This document shows, piece by piece, positions 1-11,248 of a DNA stretch of 49,734 bases; position 1 is the stretch's first letter; every line of letters begins with the position of its first letter. The stretch covers positions 1 to 49,734 of the forward strand of contig CAWALK010000002.1 in assembly GCA_963782915.1 (NCBI GenBank), in the 5' to 3' direction. The stretch is from an uncultured archaeon (lineage in GTDB: Archaea; Thermoproteota; Bathyarchaeia; Bathyarchaeales; Bathycorpusculaceae). Both the position numbers and the translations under genes were made by a program. A model generated the notes under the pieces. The model was not told the DNA's origin. It was given only the letters and a program-made list of their open reading frames with translations, and ran no database searches.

Positions 1-334
1 ACAGTGTAACGACCCCGTTTCACCAATTAGAAAATGGGAAAAGCCACTCGACGCCCCTGTCTTTTTCTGTGGTGAAAGAATCCAAGAAACTGTGCAGGAA
101 GGCTCCGAGTGCAAGCCAAACATTTACCAAAAACAGCCCCGACAGAAAAAGCAGATTATGGAAAAGCGCCCGATGATACTGTTCATCGCGGAAAGCTTTT
201 GCGCTAACAAATATGTATTCGCGATCGAGGTCGGGGATGAAGCTGCCTATGCCTGCTAAAAGAGCAAAGTAAGGGTTACCGGTAAAGACTGCTGTGACTA
301 CGCCGGCAAAAAAGATGTGACTGCCTAAATTCAA
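1..334 (-). CDS. Metal-dependent membrane hydrolase (YdjM/DUF457-like); apparent indel near position 22, runs off window edge
   Basis: Motifs SH (N-term), PDLD, HRALFH, H-x-x-LD-x-x-T and GV-x-WLFP. After SNW the reading can continue as VKRGRY if one G is restored. Confidence 0.7.
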
Positions 335-438
335 AAAACAGACCAATTAAAAAATGGTTGACGCTAAATAAATAGATTCACTAACCAGCAAACGGTAGAA
401 GTGTTTCGACAGGAAAATCAGTTAAAAGTATGAACGAG

Positions 439-513
439 TGGACCGGGCGGGATTTGAACCCGCGGCTTCCGCGTTGCGAACGCGGCGATCATACCAGACT
501 GATCTACCGGCCC
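439..513 (-). tRNA. tRNA-Ala(CGC), no intron
   Basis: Reverse complement GGGCCGG...CCGGTCCA with G3:U70 pair; anticodon arm CCGCG-TTCGCAA-CGCGG; T loop GGTTCAAATCC. Confidence 0.95.
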
Positions 514-620
514 CTGATTTCTGTCAAACAATACTTGAATTTGGCATTTAGAGCTTTCGGTATAAACAAAAGCTTGCCTGAACAAAATCCATTCATGTTC
601 ATAATTGGAGTAAATCTAAG

Positions 621-654
621 ATACATAATATGAATTCATAAGTCTATTATAAAC
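621..654 (+). promoter_or_regulatory. MCP1 promoter: palindrome TATGAATTCATA next to TATA box; motif shared with MCP2 upstream region
   Basis: ATACATAATATGAATTCATAAGTCTATTATAAAC resembles the reverse complement of 15200-15233. Confidence 0.55.
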
Positions 655-694
655 AAAAAACCAACCTATCCTTCCTAATCGTTGAGGTTATGTT

Positions 695-2197
695 ATGACT
701 GCTAACGAAGCTTTAGAAAAACGGCTAAACGAAACTATTCAACAGAACGCTGAATTCGAAAAAGAAGTAAAAAAACTCCGCGAAATGAACGACGGCCTTG
801 TAAAGACCCAGATAAAAATCTTGCAGAATGCACTGCGTGGAGACAAAGAGACCGTCGAAATTAACGAAGAAACCATTAAGACCGGCAAAAAAATGGTTGA
901 GTTAAACGGTCAAGTCGAGCAATCAGTTAGCGAAGTAGCCAAACTCGCCCAAGAAACAACTATTATAATCTCTAAAGTTACCGACACCGCTAAAGCCGTA
1001 GGGCAAGTAGCCGGAGTAGTATATGAGCAAGCCGATAAAGCCATAAAAGGAACAAGTCAAGTTCTCGAAATGGGCAAACAAGTATCAAATGTCTCTAACC
1101 AAATGGCCATTGGCATGCAACAAGTCAGCACAGCCTCACAACAAGTCTCAACAGGCGCTCAAAAACTTGCAGAACTATCCCAGAGTGCAGCAAGAAGCAC
1201 TGAAGCACTCAGAAAAGTGATGGATGAAGCAGGCGTAATCGCACAAAGCGCTTCAGAAACAACTGAAGAAGCCTTAAAGAAATCAAAAGAAGCAAACGAA
1301 AAAAGCCAAAAAGGCCTCCAAGCAATCGAGAACATCAAGTCAAACATAACCCAAGTCTCAAGCGCAGTAACCTCTATGGTTAGCTCAATTGAGCAAGTTG
1401 GTGAAATGGCTAATTCTGTTTCAGATATTGCAGGCCAAACAAACATGTTAGCACTCAACGCCGCTATTGAAGCTGCCCGCGCTGGTGAAGCAGGACGCGG
1501 CTTCGCAGTTGTAGCTGACGCAGTCAAAGGCTTAGCTGGACAATCAAAACAAGCAGCCGGATCATCCATCAACTTGGTTAAAAACATCAAAGATGCAGGC
1601 AACCAAACCAGCAACATATCTAATCAATCTCAAATCGGCGCACAAGAAGGCGCATCAGTGGTTTTAGGCGCAATAAAAGAATCCGAAGGCATCGCCACAA
1701 TTATGGAGACTATGACTGGGAAAGTAAACAGACTCACAAACGGCGTCGAAAAGGGTCTTCAAGAAATAATTTCAGTAACAAGAACCATCGAAGAAGTCGC
1801 ATCCATCGCAGAGGAAAGCTCATCCGCTTCAGAAGAAGCCTCTTCAGCAGTGGAAGAACAAACCGCATCTGCTCAACAAATGGCTGCTATAGCTAAAGAT
1901 GTAACTTCAGTCGCTGAAAACGTTGAACGCTCAACAAAACTTGTGGCCGAAAGCGCTGGGGAAGTAGCGAAACTAGCCGATAGCGTTGGCAACGATGCCC
2001 AAGCGGTAGAGAAATCAGCGAACAAAATCTCATCCAACACTGAAGAAGTCGTTTTAACGTCTCGAACCGTTAGCGAAAGTGCCCTTGCTGTAGTTGCAGC
2101 CGCAGAGAAAACAAACGAACAGATAAAAAGACTCATTCAATCACGCACCAACATCCTCAACGCGATTAGCAAAAAATACAACGTAAAAATCGATTAG
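695..2197 (+). CDS. Soluble methyl-accepting chemotaxis protein (MCP1)
   Basis: Hairpin tip [30 protein letters not shown]; methylation-type EE pairs ([18 protein letters not shown]); no transmembrane segment. Confidence 0.95.
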   Translation: MTANEALEKRLNETIQQNAEFEKEVKKLREMNDGLVKTQIKILQNALRGDKETVEINEETIKTGKKMVELNGQVEQSVSEVAKLAQETTIIISKVTDTAKAVGQVAGVVYEQADKAIKGTSQVLEMGKQVSNVSNQMAIGMQQVSTASQQVSTGAQKLAELSQSAARSTEALRKVMDEAGVIAQSASETTEEALKKSKEANEKSQKGLQAIENIKSNITQVSSAVTSMVSSIEQVGEMANSVSDIAGQTNMLALNAAIEAARAGEAGRGFAVVADAVKGLAGQSKQAAGSSINLVKNIKDAGNQTSNISNQSQIGAQEGASVVLGAIKESEGIATIMETMTGKVNRLTNGVEKGLQEIISVTRTIEEVASIAEESSSASEEASSAVEEQTASAQQMAAIAKDVTSVAENVERSTKLVAESAGEVAKLADSVGNDAQAVEKSANKISSNTEEVVLTSRTVSESALAVVAAAEKTNEQIKRLIQSRTNILNAISKKYNVKID

Positions 2198-2207
2198 GTG
2201 AAATATA

Positions 2208-2651
2208 TTGGCAAACTTGGCACATGGCGAATTACAAATAGTAAACTTCACAGTTGACAACGTAAACTACGGTGTCCCTGTGGATCAAGTGCGGGAAGTC
2301 CGAGACATGCAGTCAGTAACTCCTGTTCCGGGTGCTCCGGCATACGTTGAAGGCGTGACTAACCTCAGAGGCCAAATCATCACTGTCATTGATCTGCGGA
2401 GGCGTTTAGGCCTTGCAGAGGGCAGCGGCGCAGGCGAAAAAATAATGATCATTGACCTTGACAAATCCGCCGTTGGGGTAGTGGTCGATACGGTTACGGA
2501 GGTTACAACGATTAAGGAAACCGATATCCAGCGCAACATGGAAATTACGTCGCAGCTTGGCGATTTCATTTTGGGTGTTGGGAAACAGGCGGATCATTTG
2601 TCGTTGATTTTGGATATTTCCAAGATTGTTAGGAAAACAACCGCCAACTAA
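2208..2651 (+). CDS. cheW: Chemotaxis coupling protein CheW
   Basis: VREV, TPVPGAPAYVEGVTNLRGQIITVIDL, GVVVD motifs; GGTGA RBS before a TTG start. Confidence 0.95.
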   Translation: MANLAHGELQIVNFTVDNVNYGVPVDQVREVRDMQSVTPVPGAPAYVEGVTNLRGQIITVIDLRRRLGLAEGSGAGEKIMIIDLDKSAVGVVVDTVTEVTTIKETDIQRNMEITSQLGDFILGVGKQADHLSLILDISKIVRKTTAN

Positions 2652-2730
2652 CAAACGGTTAGGCCCTAACTTTTCTTCTTTTTGATCTAATACCCAATTG
2701 CGGCTCCCTAAGAGGCGTCTTTCTTGGCTG

Positions 2731-2764
2731 CTATATATAAGGGGAGGGGGGTCTCTGCAGAGCA
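2731..2764 (+). repeat. Intergenic element CTATATATA(A)GGGGAGGGGGGT-N4/5-GCAGAGCA, copy 1
   Basis: Near-identical to the reverse complement of 19816-19849. Confidence 0.75.
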
Positions 2765-2811
2765 ACAAACAAGTCACTATGCTGCCTTAGCTGGACAGTA
2801 GATACTTAGCA

Positions 2812-3102
2812 TCAAGTTTTTTTGGGTTTAGCTTTACGTTTCGGCACGTCTTCTTTTATGGGTTCATCCCAGTACTTGTCAAACTCTTCTGGCGACATCA
2901 AGTTTAGAGTCTGCATCTGCTGGCTAAACATGTCCAGTGCACAGGGATTGTTTAGGTGCGCACGATAAATCTCCATGAGCAAATCAACCGCCATAGAGGG
3001 CGAAACAGGCTTCTTAGCCATCAAAGTTAATTCGTCTGAAACTTTTGTGAGGTCTTCGTAGACCCGCAAGGGCAGATTCAGGGTTTTGGCCATATCAACC
3101 AC
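2812..3102 (-). CDS. Hypothetical protein, possibly ribbon-helix-helix-like DNA-binding
   Basis: N-terminal KTLNLPLRVYEDL strand-helix pattern; basic C-terminus. Confidence 0.55.
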   Translation of the reverse strand: MVDMAKTLNLPLRVYEDLTKVSDELTLMAKKPVSPSMAVDLLMEIYRAHLNNPCALDMFSQQMQTLNLMSPEEFDKYWDEPIKEDVPKRKAKPKKT

Positions 3103-3220
3103 TCTTTGGCTATTTGCACTGCCGCCTCTTTAACCTTCGCCAAACTCCGTTTTAGAAAAGACAAATTAACCAATTGCCCCTAAAAAGGTACAGAGAGCTC
3201 CCTGAACTGAAGGTTGCTGG

Positions 3221-4447
3221 TTGAAGAAAAAAACACCAATTCTTTTGATTACCATAATTTTGGTAGCGGCGATTTCGGTTGCTGCCTTCGTAAACTATGG
3301 CATATTGACAAAAAGTGAACCCCCATCAATGCCTGAAGCATTCCATGTTGGCGTATCCTTTTGCGGAGACACCACTGCCCAAGCCAAACAACTCATCGAC
3401 AGAGTCCAAAACTACACAAACCTGTTAATCATCCAGTCAGGGCCGGTAAGCAAAAACGAAACCAGCCTTAACGAAATCGCAGACTACGCAACCCAGAAGG
3501 GCTTAGATATCATCCCCTTCTTTGGGATACTAAACGCGTCTTGGCAACTGCCTTGGATAGAGCATGCAACACAAAAATATGGCAGCCAACTCTTGGGCAT
3601 TTACTACTATGATGAATGCGGCGGCATGCAGCTTGACACCCAAGATTATGAATGGGCACATTATTTCAGCGCAATGAAAGACCGCTTTGAGAGTTCTCCT
3701 CTATATCAGGCGCATAAGCAGGCAATTGATGAGTGCCTCAACGGCAACTTGACTCGCGACTACAAATCCGCCGCAAAAGTATACGTTGACACGATTAAAC
3801 ATGACAGCGGCATCCGCCAACTGCAGAACAGCTCTGTCACTTCTTTTACTTCTGAGTATGCTCTTCATTGGTATACGTATCAGGGCGGCTGGGATGTTGT
3901 TTTAGGTCAGCTTGGCTGGAATAACACTGTGGAGCAAGACATCGCTTTAGCCCGTGGAGCGGCAACAATGCAGAACAAAGAGTGGGGTACCATCATCACT
4001 TGGAAATACAGTGAACCGCCATACTTGGATTCGGCTTCGGAAGTGTATAGGCAACTCCGGATGTCATATCTTGCAGGCGCAGACTACATCGCCATCTTCA
4101 ATTACCCCCAAAACGACACCACAAACCCCTATGGAGTAATGACGACTGAACACTTCCAAGCCCTAGAAAGGTTCTGGAATGATATAAAAACACACAAAAT
4201 CAACCACGGCTCATACCCCGCCGAGGCAGCATTTGTTTTGCCCAAAGATTACGGCTGGGGCATGAGAAGCGCCACCGACAAAATCTGGTACTGGGGAGCC
4301 GATGAACTCTCAATGCAAATCTGGAACACGTCACGACAACTGTTCGCACGTTATGGGCTGGGTTTGGATATAATCTACGATGATCCAGCATATCCAATTC
4401 AAGCTAATTATTCACGGGTTATCTACTGGAATCAAACTGTGAATTAA
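3221..4447 (+). CDS. Membrane-anchored/secreted hypothetical protein (possible TIM-barrel glycoside hydrolase-like fold)
   Basis: Basic N-terminus plus hydrophobic helix; YYYDE and aromatic-rich body; 408 aa. Confidence 0.7.
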   Translation: MKKKTPILLITIILVAAISVAAFVNYGILTKSEPPSMPEAFHVGVSFCGDTTAQAKQLIDRVQNYTNLLIIQSGPVSKNETSLNEIADYATQKGLDIIPFFGILNASWQLPWIEHATQKYGSQLLGIYYYDECGGMQLDTQDYEWAHYFSAMKDRFESSPLYQAHKQAIDECLNGNLTRDYKSAAKVYVDTIKHDSGIRQLQNSSVTSFTSEYALHWYTYQGGWDVVLGQLGWNNTVEQDIALARGAATMQNKEWGTIITWKYSEPPYLDSASEVYRQLRMSYLAGADYIAIFNYPQNDTTNPYGVMTTEHFQALERFWNDIKTHKINHGSYPAEAAFVLPKDYGWGMRSATDKIWYWGADELSMQIWNTSRQLFARYGLGLDIIYDDPAYPIQANYSRVIYWNQTVN

Positions 4448-5409
4448 ATCGAGAGCATTTCAGCGACTTTTAGCAACCGCAAATCCAACGGTTTTTTCCC
4501 AGCCGCAGACTTCTCTAACTCAATGCTTGTAATTTCTCCATTCTGCAAACCAACCGCCCTGTTGCCCTTCTCCTCGCAGATTAAATCCACAGCTCTCTCC
4601 GCAAACAAACTCGCAAGCAATCGGCTGCGGGCTGTTGGGCTGCCTCCACGCTGAGAATAACCAATGATGGATAGGCGCACTTCTGATTCGGTTTGTTTTT
4701 GCATTTCCTGTGTGAGCTTGCTTGAGTCTCCAAAGCCTTCAGCAGCAACAATGATGCCTGCGCGTTTGCCCTTTTCCGAATTGCGTTCCATTATTTTTAC
4801 TACATCGCAGGTGTCCAGCGGTTTTTCGGGAATCAAAATTACTTCGGCACCAACACATATGCCCACTTCAAGGGCTAAGAAGCCGCGCTTGCGCCCCATA
4901 ACTTCTACGATGAAAATGCGTTCGTGACTAATGGCAGTGTCTCGGATTTTGTCGATGGCGTTTACGGCGGTGTTGACTGCGGTGTCAAATCCTATGGTTT
5001 CGTCTGTTCCGTAGACGTCGTTGTCTATAGTGGCGGGTATGCCCACGACTTGGATGCCGCTTTTTTTGCTTAATTCGAGTGCGCCTCGGAAGGAACCATC
5101 TCCGCCGATTACGACCAAGGCGTCTATGCAGTTTTGTTTGAGGGTTTGTGCTCCTGTCTCTATGCTTGCCTGTTGCTCGAATGCTGGGCAACGAAGCGTA
5201 TGGAGTACGGTGCCGCCGAGTTGTATAATGCCGCCGACGTTACGAGGCCCCAAACGTTTGAAAGTGTTAGTTAATAATCCATCCCAGCCCCGCTCAAAAC
5301 CAATCACCTGCAAACCTTTGTAGTGGCCGACGCGGGTGACTGCTCGAATCGCCGCATTCATTCCCGGTGCGTCGCCGCCTGAAGTTACAATACCGATGGT
5401 TTTCGCCAT
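4444..5409 (-). CDS. pfkA: 6-phosphofructokinase, bacterial PfkA family, probably ATP-dependent
   Basis: [45 protein letters not shown]. Confidence 0.93.
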   Translation of the reverse strand: MAKTIGIVTSGGDAPGMNAAIRAVTRVGHYKGLQVIGFERGWDGLLTNTFKRLGPRNVGGIIQLGGTVLHTLRCPAFEQQASIETGAQTLKQNCIDALVVIGGDGSFRGALELSKKSGIQVVGIPATIDNDVYGTDETIGFDTAVNTAVNAIDKIRDTAISHERIFIVEVMGRKRGFLALEVGICVGAEVILIPEKPLDTCDVVKIMERNSEKGKRAGIIVAAEGFGDSSKLTQEMQKQTESEVRLSIIGYSQRGGSPTARSRLLASLFAERAVDLICEEKGNRAVGLQNGEITSIELEKSAAGKKPLDLRLLKVAEMLSI

Positions 5410-5535
5410 TTTTCCTGCGCCTCTTTTCTAGTAATTTCACGTTTGAATGAGAATTAAAACGTTTAGTTATGACTCTTGAGCAGGTTTGCGCCAAAACACA
5501 TAAATGCTTTTTCTTAGTCTTTATGCGTTCTGTAT

Positions 5536-5690
5536 CGGGAGGTAGCTCAGCCTGGCAGAGCTCTCGAGCCCATTGGCTAACGCCATTGGACGGAGAAGCT
5601 GTAGAGGTCTACCATTGGTGGGCTTCATTCTAGCCTGTCTAGGCCACAGATACCGAGCTGTCGCAGGTTCAAATCCTGCTCTCCCGACCA
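5536..5690 (+). tRNA. tRNA-Tyr(GUA) with two BHB introns (5567-5597 at 30/31; 5605-5651 at 37/38), CCA encoded
   Basis: C1:G72 and A73 identity elements. Removing both introns gives anticodon arm CTCGG-CTGTAGA-CCGAG, and both introns fold as bulge-helix-bulge. Confidence 0.9.
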
Positions 5691-6069
5691 TATTCGTTTT
5701 AGGGGTAATTGTTTTTTCTCTGTGTGTTGTTGCTGAAAACCCCCTATATGCAACAACCTGTAGGTTGTGTAAGTGCTTGATTTCTCTTTGGCGATCAGAA
5801 TTTTTGTTTGTTAGTTGTTGCCGTGGACCCCTCTTATTTCCACAACAACCAACGGCGTTTGGGGGTGGCTGTGTTTTTGCGTCTGAGTGTGTGTTGGGTT
5901 GCTGGCTGGTTGTGGCTGATTCTGCAAGCAGACCAAAAATGCATTGATTTACCGATACCAAAGCAGCAAGTCAGAAGTCGATTGAGCTGCGGCAGTTTTT
6001 TGCAAAAAGACCGGTTTGCGTTAACTTTGTAATTTTAGAATACATAGGAAAGGGAGCAAGAGTAAAAAA

Positions 6070-6626
6070 TTAAAAAGAGTTAGCATATTGCTTGGTTCTC
6101 TTTTTAGTTACAACAACGAACAATCCAACAGCTGCTAAACCGATTGCGAGGGCTGCGATTGGAGGAGCCTCAGGCAAAACCGTAGGGGTATCTACCACGT
6201 GCACGGGTACCTCTACAAACGCACCATCAACGCCTCCGCCTCGGCATTCCCACTTGAACCTGTAATAACCAGGCGTATCTACAGTTTTTGTAAATGTTAC
6301 AGGTACTCCGCTGGTTAACGACGGACTATGATCTGACTTTACTTCCACCATCGTAGTATTGAAGTACTGAAGAAGAGCTATAAATCCTTCAGTATCGGAG
6401 GGTCATCAACGGGTCCAGCGATCCATAATTTACCGGTTCCGTAGTGCTTGAGGTGCTGTATAAGTGCATATAATAGTAACTGATCCATGAGTAATAATCT
6501 CTGAACTGCTGGCAGAGATGCTACCAGTAACATAGTTTGTAGTATCCGCCTCCACTATTTGGACTGTTAATGTAAAAGCCAATACTGCAAATAGTAAGAA
6601 GGCTAATAGCTTCGCTTACAATGCAT
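6070..6626 (-). CDS. Secreted surface protein with C-terminal PE-TM-basic sorting signal; frameshifted
   Basis: Signal-like KLLAFLLFAVLAFTLTVQIVEA near 6610; tail VLPEAPPIAALAIGLAAVGLFVVVTKKRTK; reading frame broken by indels. Confidence 0.6.
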
Positions 6627-6832
6627 ACAGCTCCGCATAAGCAAGGTAGCCTTCATAATCTCCACTATCCTCAACCTTTCTTCTCGAGCGGAGAATCAGC
6701 ATACCATATTAATAAGGTTAACGTCGAGTCGACTGCTCCAATGTCGATAAACACATCAACATTGCTTCGTATGGCTATAGGACCCCTTATATTGTGCACG
6801 CTTAGTAATTACATACAGCCAAGTGCATACCA

Positions 6833-8024
6833 ATGACAAAGCTACGCTTAGCCGTCTTTAACACCCAACCACCGCATCTTTACTTTGGCGGAGTAGAGCG
6901 GCGCATCCTCGAAGTAACCAAGCGAATAACATCGGAAGCAGAAGTCAATGTTTATTGCGGCACCAAAGCAGGCTTCAAAGCCCCAATCACCATAGACGGC
7001 GTAAACTTTGTCCCCGCCAAATCAACCGACAAACTTTTTCCCCTTGATAACTGGTCATATAACAGAAGCCTCATCAAAAAATCCGAAGTCTATGGTGCAG
7101 ATATTTTTGAGATACACAATAATAGCGCATATGGATTCCCAAAGGCACTCGAGAAACGCAGCCTTAAGAAGCCATTTATCCACCTTATTCATGGACCACT
7201 TGGATGAATACGAACAGGGACTAAAAAACGAGAATCAAACAGTCAGAGTCAACCTCGCCAACAAATTCATGAAGCACCAAGCTAAACAGGAAGAAGCAAT
7301 GGCAAAAAAAGCCTCACTCATAGTCGCCGTAAGCAAGTACTCCCGTGACAAAATCCTTGAGCACTATACTGTCGATGAAGATAAAATTTGGATTATACCC
7401 AATGGCGTTGATGTGGATAGATTCAAGCCCACAAACGCATCGCCGCAAAGCCCAGTTTGGCTTAGGCAAGGAGCCCATGGTGCTTTTTGTAGGCAGCTTA
7501 ATTCCACGCAAAGGCTTACCTTTCCTCGTGGAAGCCGCCAAAAAAATCGTCAAACAACAAGCAGACACAAAATTTGTAATCGTAGGCGAAGGCCCACAAA
7601 AAAACCAATTAACAGAATCGATTAAAGCGGCGGGTTTGGCTGGAAACTTTGTTTTCTTAGGCAACCTAAACGAAACCCAACTGCCCCTAATTTACAACTG
7701 CGCAGACGTCTTCGTTTTACCCTCGATTCAGGAGGGTCAGGGAATAGTTTTGCTGGAAGCGCAAGCATGTGGGAAGCCTGTGGTAGCTTTTGATGTTGGC
7801 GGAATTAAAGAGGCAATGCAAGACGGCAAGACGGGCACTGTTGGTTAACAAAAAAGACAGCGAAGGATTAGCCGAATGCACTGCTCGATTTCCTTTCTGA
7901 TGTATCTTTAAGGGAAAAGCGGGGGGCGCAAGGGCGAATGTTCGTGGAGAGTAAATTTACTTGGGACATCTGTTCTGCTGGTATGTTGAAGGTTTACAGG
8001 GAACTATTGAATTCTACACTATAA
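6833..8024 (+). CDS. GT4 family glycosyltransferase, split by about 4 indels
   Basis: GGVERR, AVSKYS, IPNGVD, FVGSLIPRKG, DVFVLPSIQEGQGIVLLEAQACGKPVV, and FTWD...KVYRELL spread over successive frames. Confidence 0.88.
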
Positions 8025-8183
8025 TGTCAATTTTGTATTGTATCTTACTACGCTCACAACTAGTCTTAAATACTAAAGTTACTGATATTGCAAAGATTGA
8101 AGCAAGCAGGTGAGAGGTAAATGGGAAGGGAGCGCTCTTACATGGAGAACTTTGCTTTAGAGAAAGGAGAAAGGACACGAAAA

Positions 8184-9305
8184 ATGCTATTCAATAACGC
8201 ATCATCAGCCATCAGCAACAGGGCTGGAAAAAGAAGAACCGCATCAATCGCGGCAGTAATGCTTATAGCGCTATCACTCTTAGCAGCCGCGCCGTACGCC
8301 AGTGCATTAACCCAATACGGCGTTACCACCGTTGGGTCAACAAATTATCCAACAGGAACCTTTGGCACCACTAGTGCCGTAGGAACCAACGCGGGCGGCT
8401 TGCGGATTGCATGGTTGCGACAAAATACACCCTAACCGTGGATGCAACAATCATAAAAATCGGCGGTTGAGGCTAACAAGGCAGGCAACTGGAAACTTGG
8501 CATTTACGAAGACAATGCAGGCGCACCCGGTGCCCTTCTTGCAGCAAACAACAATGTGAACCCTGTTGTTGCAGGTCAAAACAACGAATTTGATATCGGA
8601 CCAGTTCACTTAACCGCTGGCACTTATTGGATAGCCATCCTCGATGACACAGCATCCGTCAGATTATACAAAGCATCCCCACCTGGAACAGAACAAGCGG
8701 CATATATCCTACCTTGCAGCTTTGGCAGTAATTTGCCAACTACATTTGGAACTCCAATGTATCAGGACAACGATTATGTTGCCTACTGCAAATACGTGCA
8801 GATTGAAGGATACGCAAAAGCTACAAAAGTAACAGTATCCTCAAGCGCCACAGCTTCGTCAGTAAACTTTTATTCTCATTCAACAGGCAACTTTAGAGTT
8901 GCAGTTTACAGCGACAATTCAGGTCCAGACATGAAACTATGGGAAAGCCCAGACACAGCGGCAATCGCCGGTTGGAACACTGTATCGATTGCATCTGGCT
9001 CACCAGCTATGCTGAATTTGCCAGCGGGAACATACTGGCTTGTTTGGCAATGGGATTCACCAAACGCAGGTCCAAGTTACACCGCAGCTAGCAGCGGCGA
9101 CGGAAACTATGTACCATTGGCATACGGCGGATTCCCAGCAACATGGACAGCCGGCACGTTAACCTCTGAGCAATGGAGCATCAACCTAACTGACGGCGGA
9201 GTAATTCCAACTCCAACCCCAGAAAACCCATTGGGCGCAGTTTTGGCACTTGCAATATGCTTTGGAGCATTTGCAGTGTTCGTAAAATACAAGAAAACTA
9301 AATAG
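8184..9305 (+). CDS. Secreted beta-rich surface protein with PE-TM-basic C-terminal sorting signal; frameshifted at about 8400-8500
   Basis: Signal peptide ending AAPYASA; two related beta-domains (GNFRVAVYSD, LxAGTYW); tail TPENPLGAVLALAICFGAFAVFVKYKKTK. Confidence 0.7.
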
Positions 9306-9334
9306 GCGATTAACCGCCAACTTCTTTTTATTTT

Positions 9335-9871
9335 CTATTTAACCACTGATTTTTCAAATCCGATATTTCGAACCAACTTGTCCAAGTCGTATGGGCTCAT
9401 CCACTCAGTTTTAAGATAACACAAAATCCGTTCTTCATCCATCCCCAAACGCTTTGCCTCTTTAACAGCGTAACGGTAAGCTTCAATCTCCGTGGGTCTA
9501 TCAACATACTCATAGCGGGGGTCAAAGAGTTCTTTGCCATCCATAAACTGCTTCACATGGCACAATTCATGGACCAAGTCAAGGTAAATGTCAGTTTTGT
9601 TGCCAGTGTTTAGGTAGCCTTTGCTTATCACAAGGTGCCCGTCTGCGCCGTCCACGTACATGTAGCCGCTAATCCAGCTTAACTCAACCGTTAAATGGCT
9701 AAGTACCTCAGTGGTTTTTTCGCCAAAAATGCCCTGCACCGCAGCTACCTTATCGAAACCTTTGAAGTACTCCAAAAAAATCCTCTTTTGGTTACCGATG
9801 CTCAGGGGATTAACTGGTAATTTGCGAAACATTCGCAGGATTCGAAACATCACAAATTCTACGCCCGGCAA
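9335..9871 (-). CDS. HExxH zincin-like hypothetical protein
   Basis: LVHELCHVKQ plus downstream PTEIEAY. Confidence 0.65.
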   Translation of the reverse strand: MPGVEFVMFRILRMFRKLPVNPLSIGNQKRIFLEYFKGFDKVAAVQGIFGEKTTEVLSHLTVELSWISGYMYVDGADGHLVISKGYLNTGNKTDIYLDLVHELCHVKQFMDGKELFDPRYEYVDRPTEIEAYRYAVKEAKRLGMDEERILCYLKTEWMSPYDLDKLVRNIGFEKSVVK

Positions 9872-9883
9872 ACTATTTGTCTC

Positions 9884-11245
9884 CTACTTGAAAGCTGAAA
9901 GATACTCAATCTTCATTCCCCGACGGCCTAAATCATCCATGTCCTCAACGCTGCCTATGCTGGCATCGACGTTGCGGTGGATTGGATGACTCCACAATCC
10001 TTCGGGGGCGAGGTTAAACTGCAAGGGTACTCTCACGTTCAAATGGTATTTCTGGTTTATTTCCTTAAGTAATTTGCCCTCTCTGCAGGCGGTGTGGGCG
10101 TTGGCGTAGCTTTGCAGTAGCTGCGAAGCGCCCCAAGCGCCGACGCCATGCCACATAGTCGCATCCTCAGGGGAAGCCAAGGCGTATAGGAAAAACTGAG
10201 GCGAAGAAGGCGTCTCAGCATAACTGTAATCTGAAAGTTTTTCCCCTGCAACAGTGAATTTATCGTCACATACTGCCACAGCTACATCTTCAGGGTCCAT
10301 AGCGTTGGGGTAAAGAGGCGTTGTCTTGTAGGTGACGGTAGCATCTAAGAATTTCCCGTTTTCAAAATGCAACTTGCCTCTCGCAGCACGTTTTGAACCG
10401 TAACCCTTCTTGGAGTGAGGCACTGTTAAAAGTGTCGTACGGTTTTTCATACTTCTGCCCATGCAGGTGTAAGCTGCCTCGACAGACGAGTAATCGTGGT
10501 TACTTTCGCTTATGACGTAGTGGAGCAATCCATCTTTGTTTTCGGCTTTTAGGGTAGAGAGCGGCATACGCAGAGAATATAAGAAGAGGTCCATGCCGAA
10601 GAATTCAGAGAGCTCCTTTAGCTGGATGTACTTTATTGAATCAGAGAAGTCAAGGTAGTTACCATTGCTTTCTCGCAAGGCTTCGGTGATAAGGTCACAT
10701 TCTTTTTTGGAAATCATTGAGCCATCGTACTTTTTGGCGTAAGCTTCATCAATTTTTAATCCAGTGGTAGTGACGTTGGCGACCGGGAAAGCGCTCTGTC
10801 CGCTATCCACGATTGATTGCTTGAGCGGGTTCATGGAGTACCGGTCAGCTTCCACATCATCAGTGTTTAGCAGAAAAGGCACAATATAACCTTCATCGGG
10901 CTTCTTGAGCAACTCAGACAAAACGGTAACGTCACCGGCGTTGGGCTCGTGTAAACCCCGCTCAAGATAATAGTTAGCAGCAGTTACAAGCATCTTTGTC
11001 CCGATAATCCCCTGCACTTCCTCGACAGTCAATTGGGGATTGGTGTACTCCACAGAACAACGCAGGTAGAAGCGTTCATTCTCAAACGGAACAGAAACCT
11101 TTCGGCCGTTTACATAGCGGAAAAGCGTGACTTTGCGGTTTGGCGTTAGACCCTTGGCTGCTTTTGCACCTTCAAGTAGCACTTTAACGGTGGAAAATGA
11201 GGTTTTCAGAAAATCCTCAAGCAGAAGTCTACAGTAATCAACCAT
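9884..11245 (-). CDS. Hypothetical protein, 453 aa, family not recognised
   Basis: Long ORF with GAGG RBS, tightly packed between the GNAT and HExxH genes. Confidence 0.75.
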   Translation of the reverse strand: MVDYCRLLLEDFLKTSFSTVKVLLEGAKAAKGLTPNRKVTLFRYVNGRKVSVPFENERFYLRCSVEYTNPQLTVEEVQGIIGTKMLVTAANYYLERGLHEPNAGDVTVLSELLKKPDEGYIVPFLLNTDDVEADRYSMNPLKQSIVDSGQSAFPVANVTTTGLKIDEAYAKKYDGSMISKKECDLITEALRESNGNYLDFSDSIKYIQLKELSEFFGMDLFLYSLRMPLSTLKAENKDGLLHYVISESNHDYSSVEAAYTCMGRSMKNRTTLLTVPHSKKGYGSKRAARGKLHFENGKFLDATVTYKTTPLYPNAMDPEDVAVAVCDDKFTVAGEKLSDYSYAETPSSPQFFLYALASPEDATMWHGVGAWGASQLLQSYANAHTACREGKLLKEINQKYHLNVRVPLQFNLAPEGLWSHPIHRNVDASIGSVEDMDDLGRRGMKIEYLSAFK

Positions 11246-11248
11246 AAA

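Noticed and set aside
430-633. 67-aa ORF, and ORFs at 5521-6032
   Set aside because: They overlap tRNA genes or low-complexity DNA and are shadow ORFs.
1159-2569. Antisense ORFs within MCP and cheW (similar ones in cheA, glmU/glmM and the pilus genes)
   Set aside because: They lie opposite well-supported genes and are a by-product of codon bias.
439-5690. Integrated element bounded by the tRNA genes
   Set aside because: I found no duplicated tRNA 3' end and no integrase.
6833-8024. Programmed frameshifting or phase variation in the GT4 gene
   Set aside because: Several scattered indels with no long repeat tract or slippery site; this matches the window-wide error pattern.
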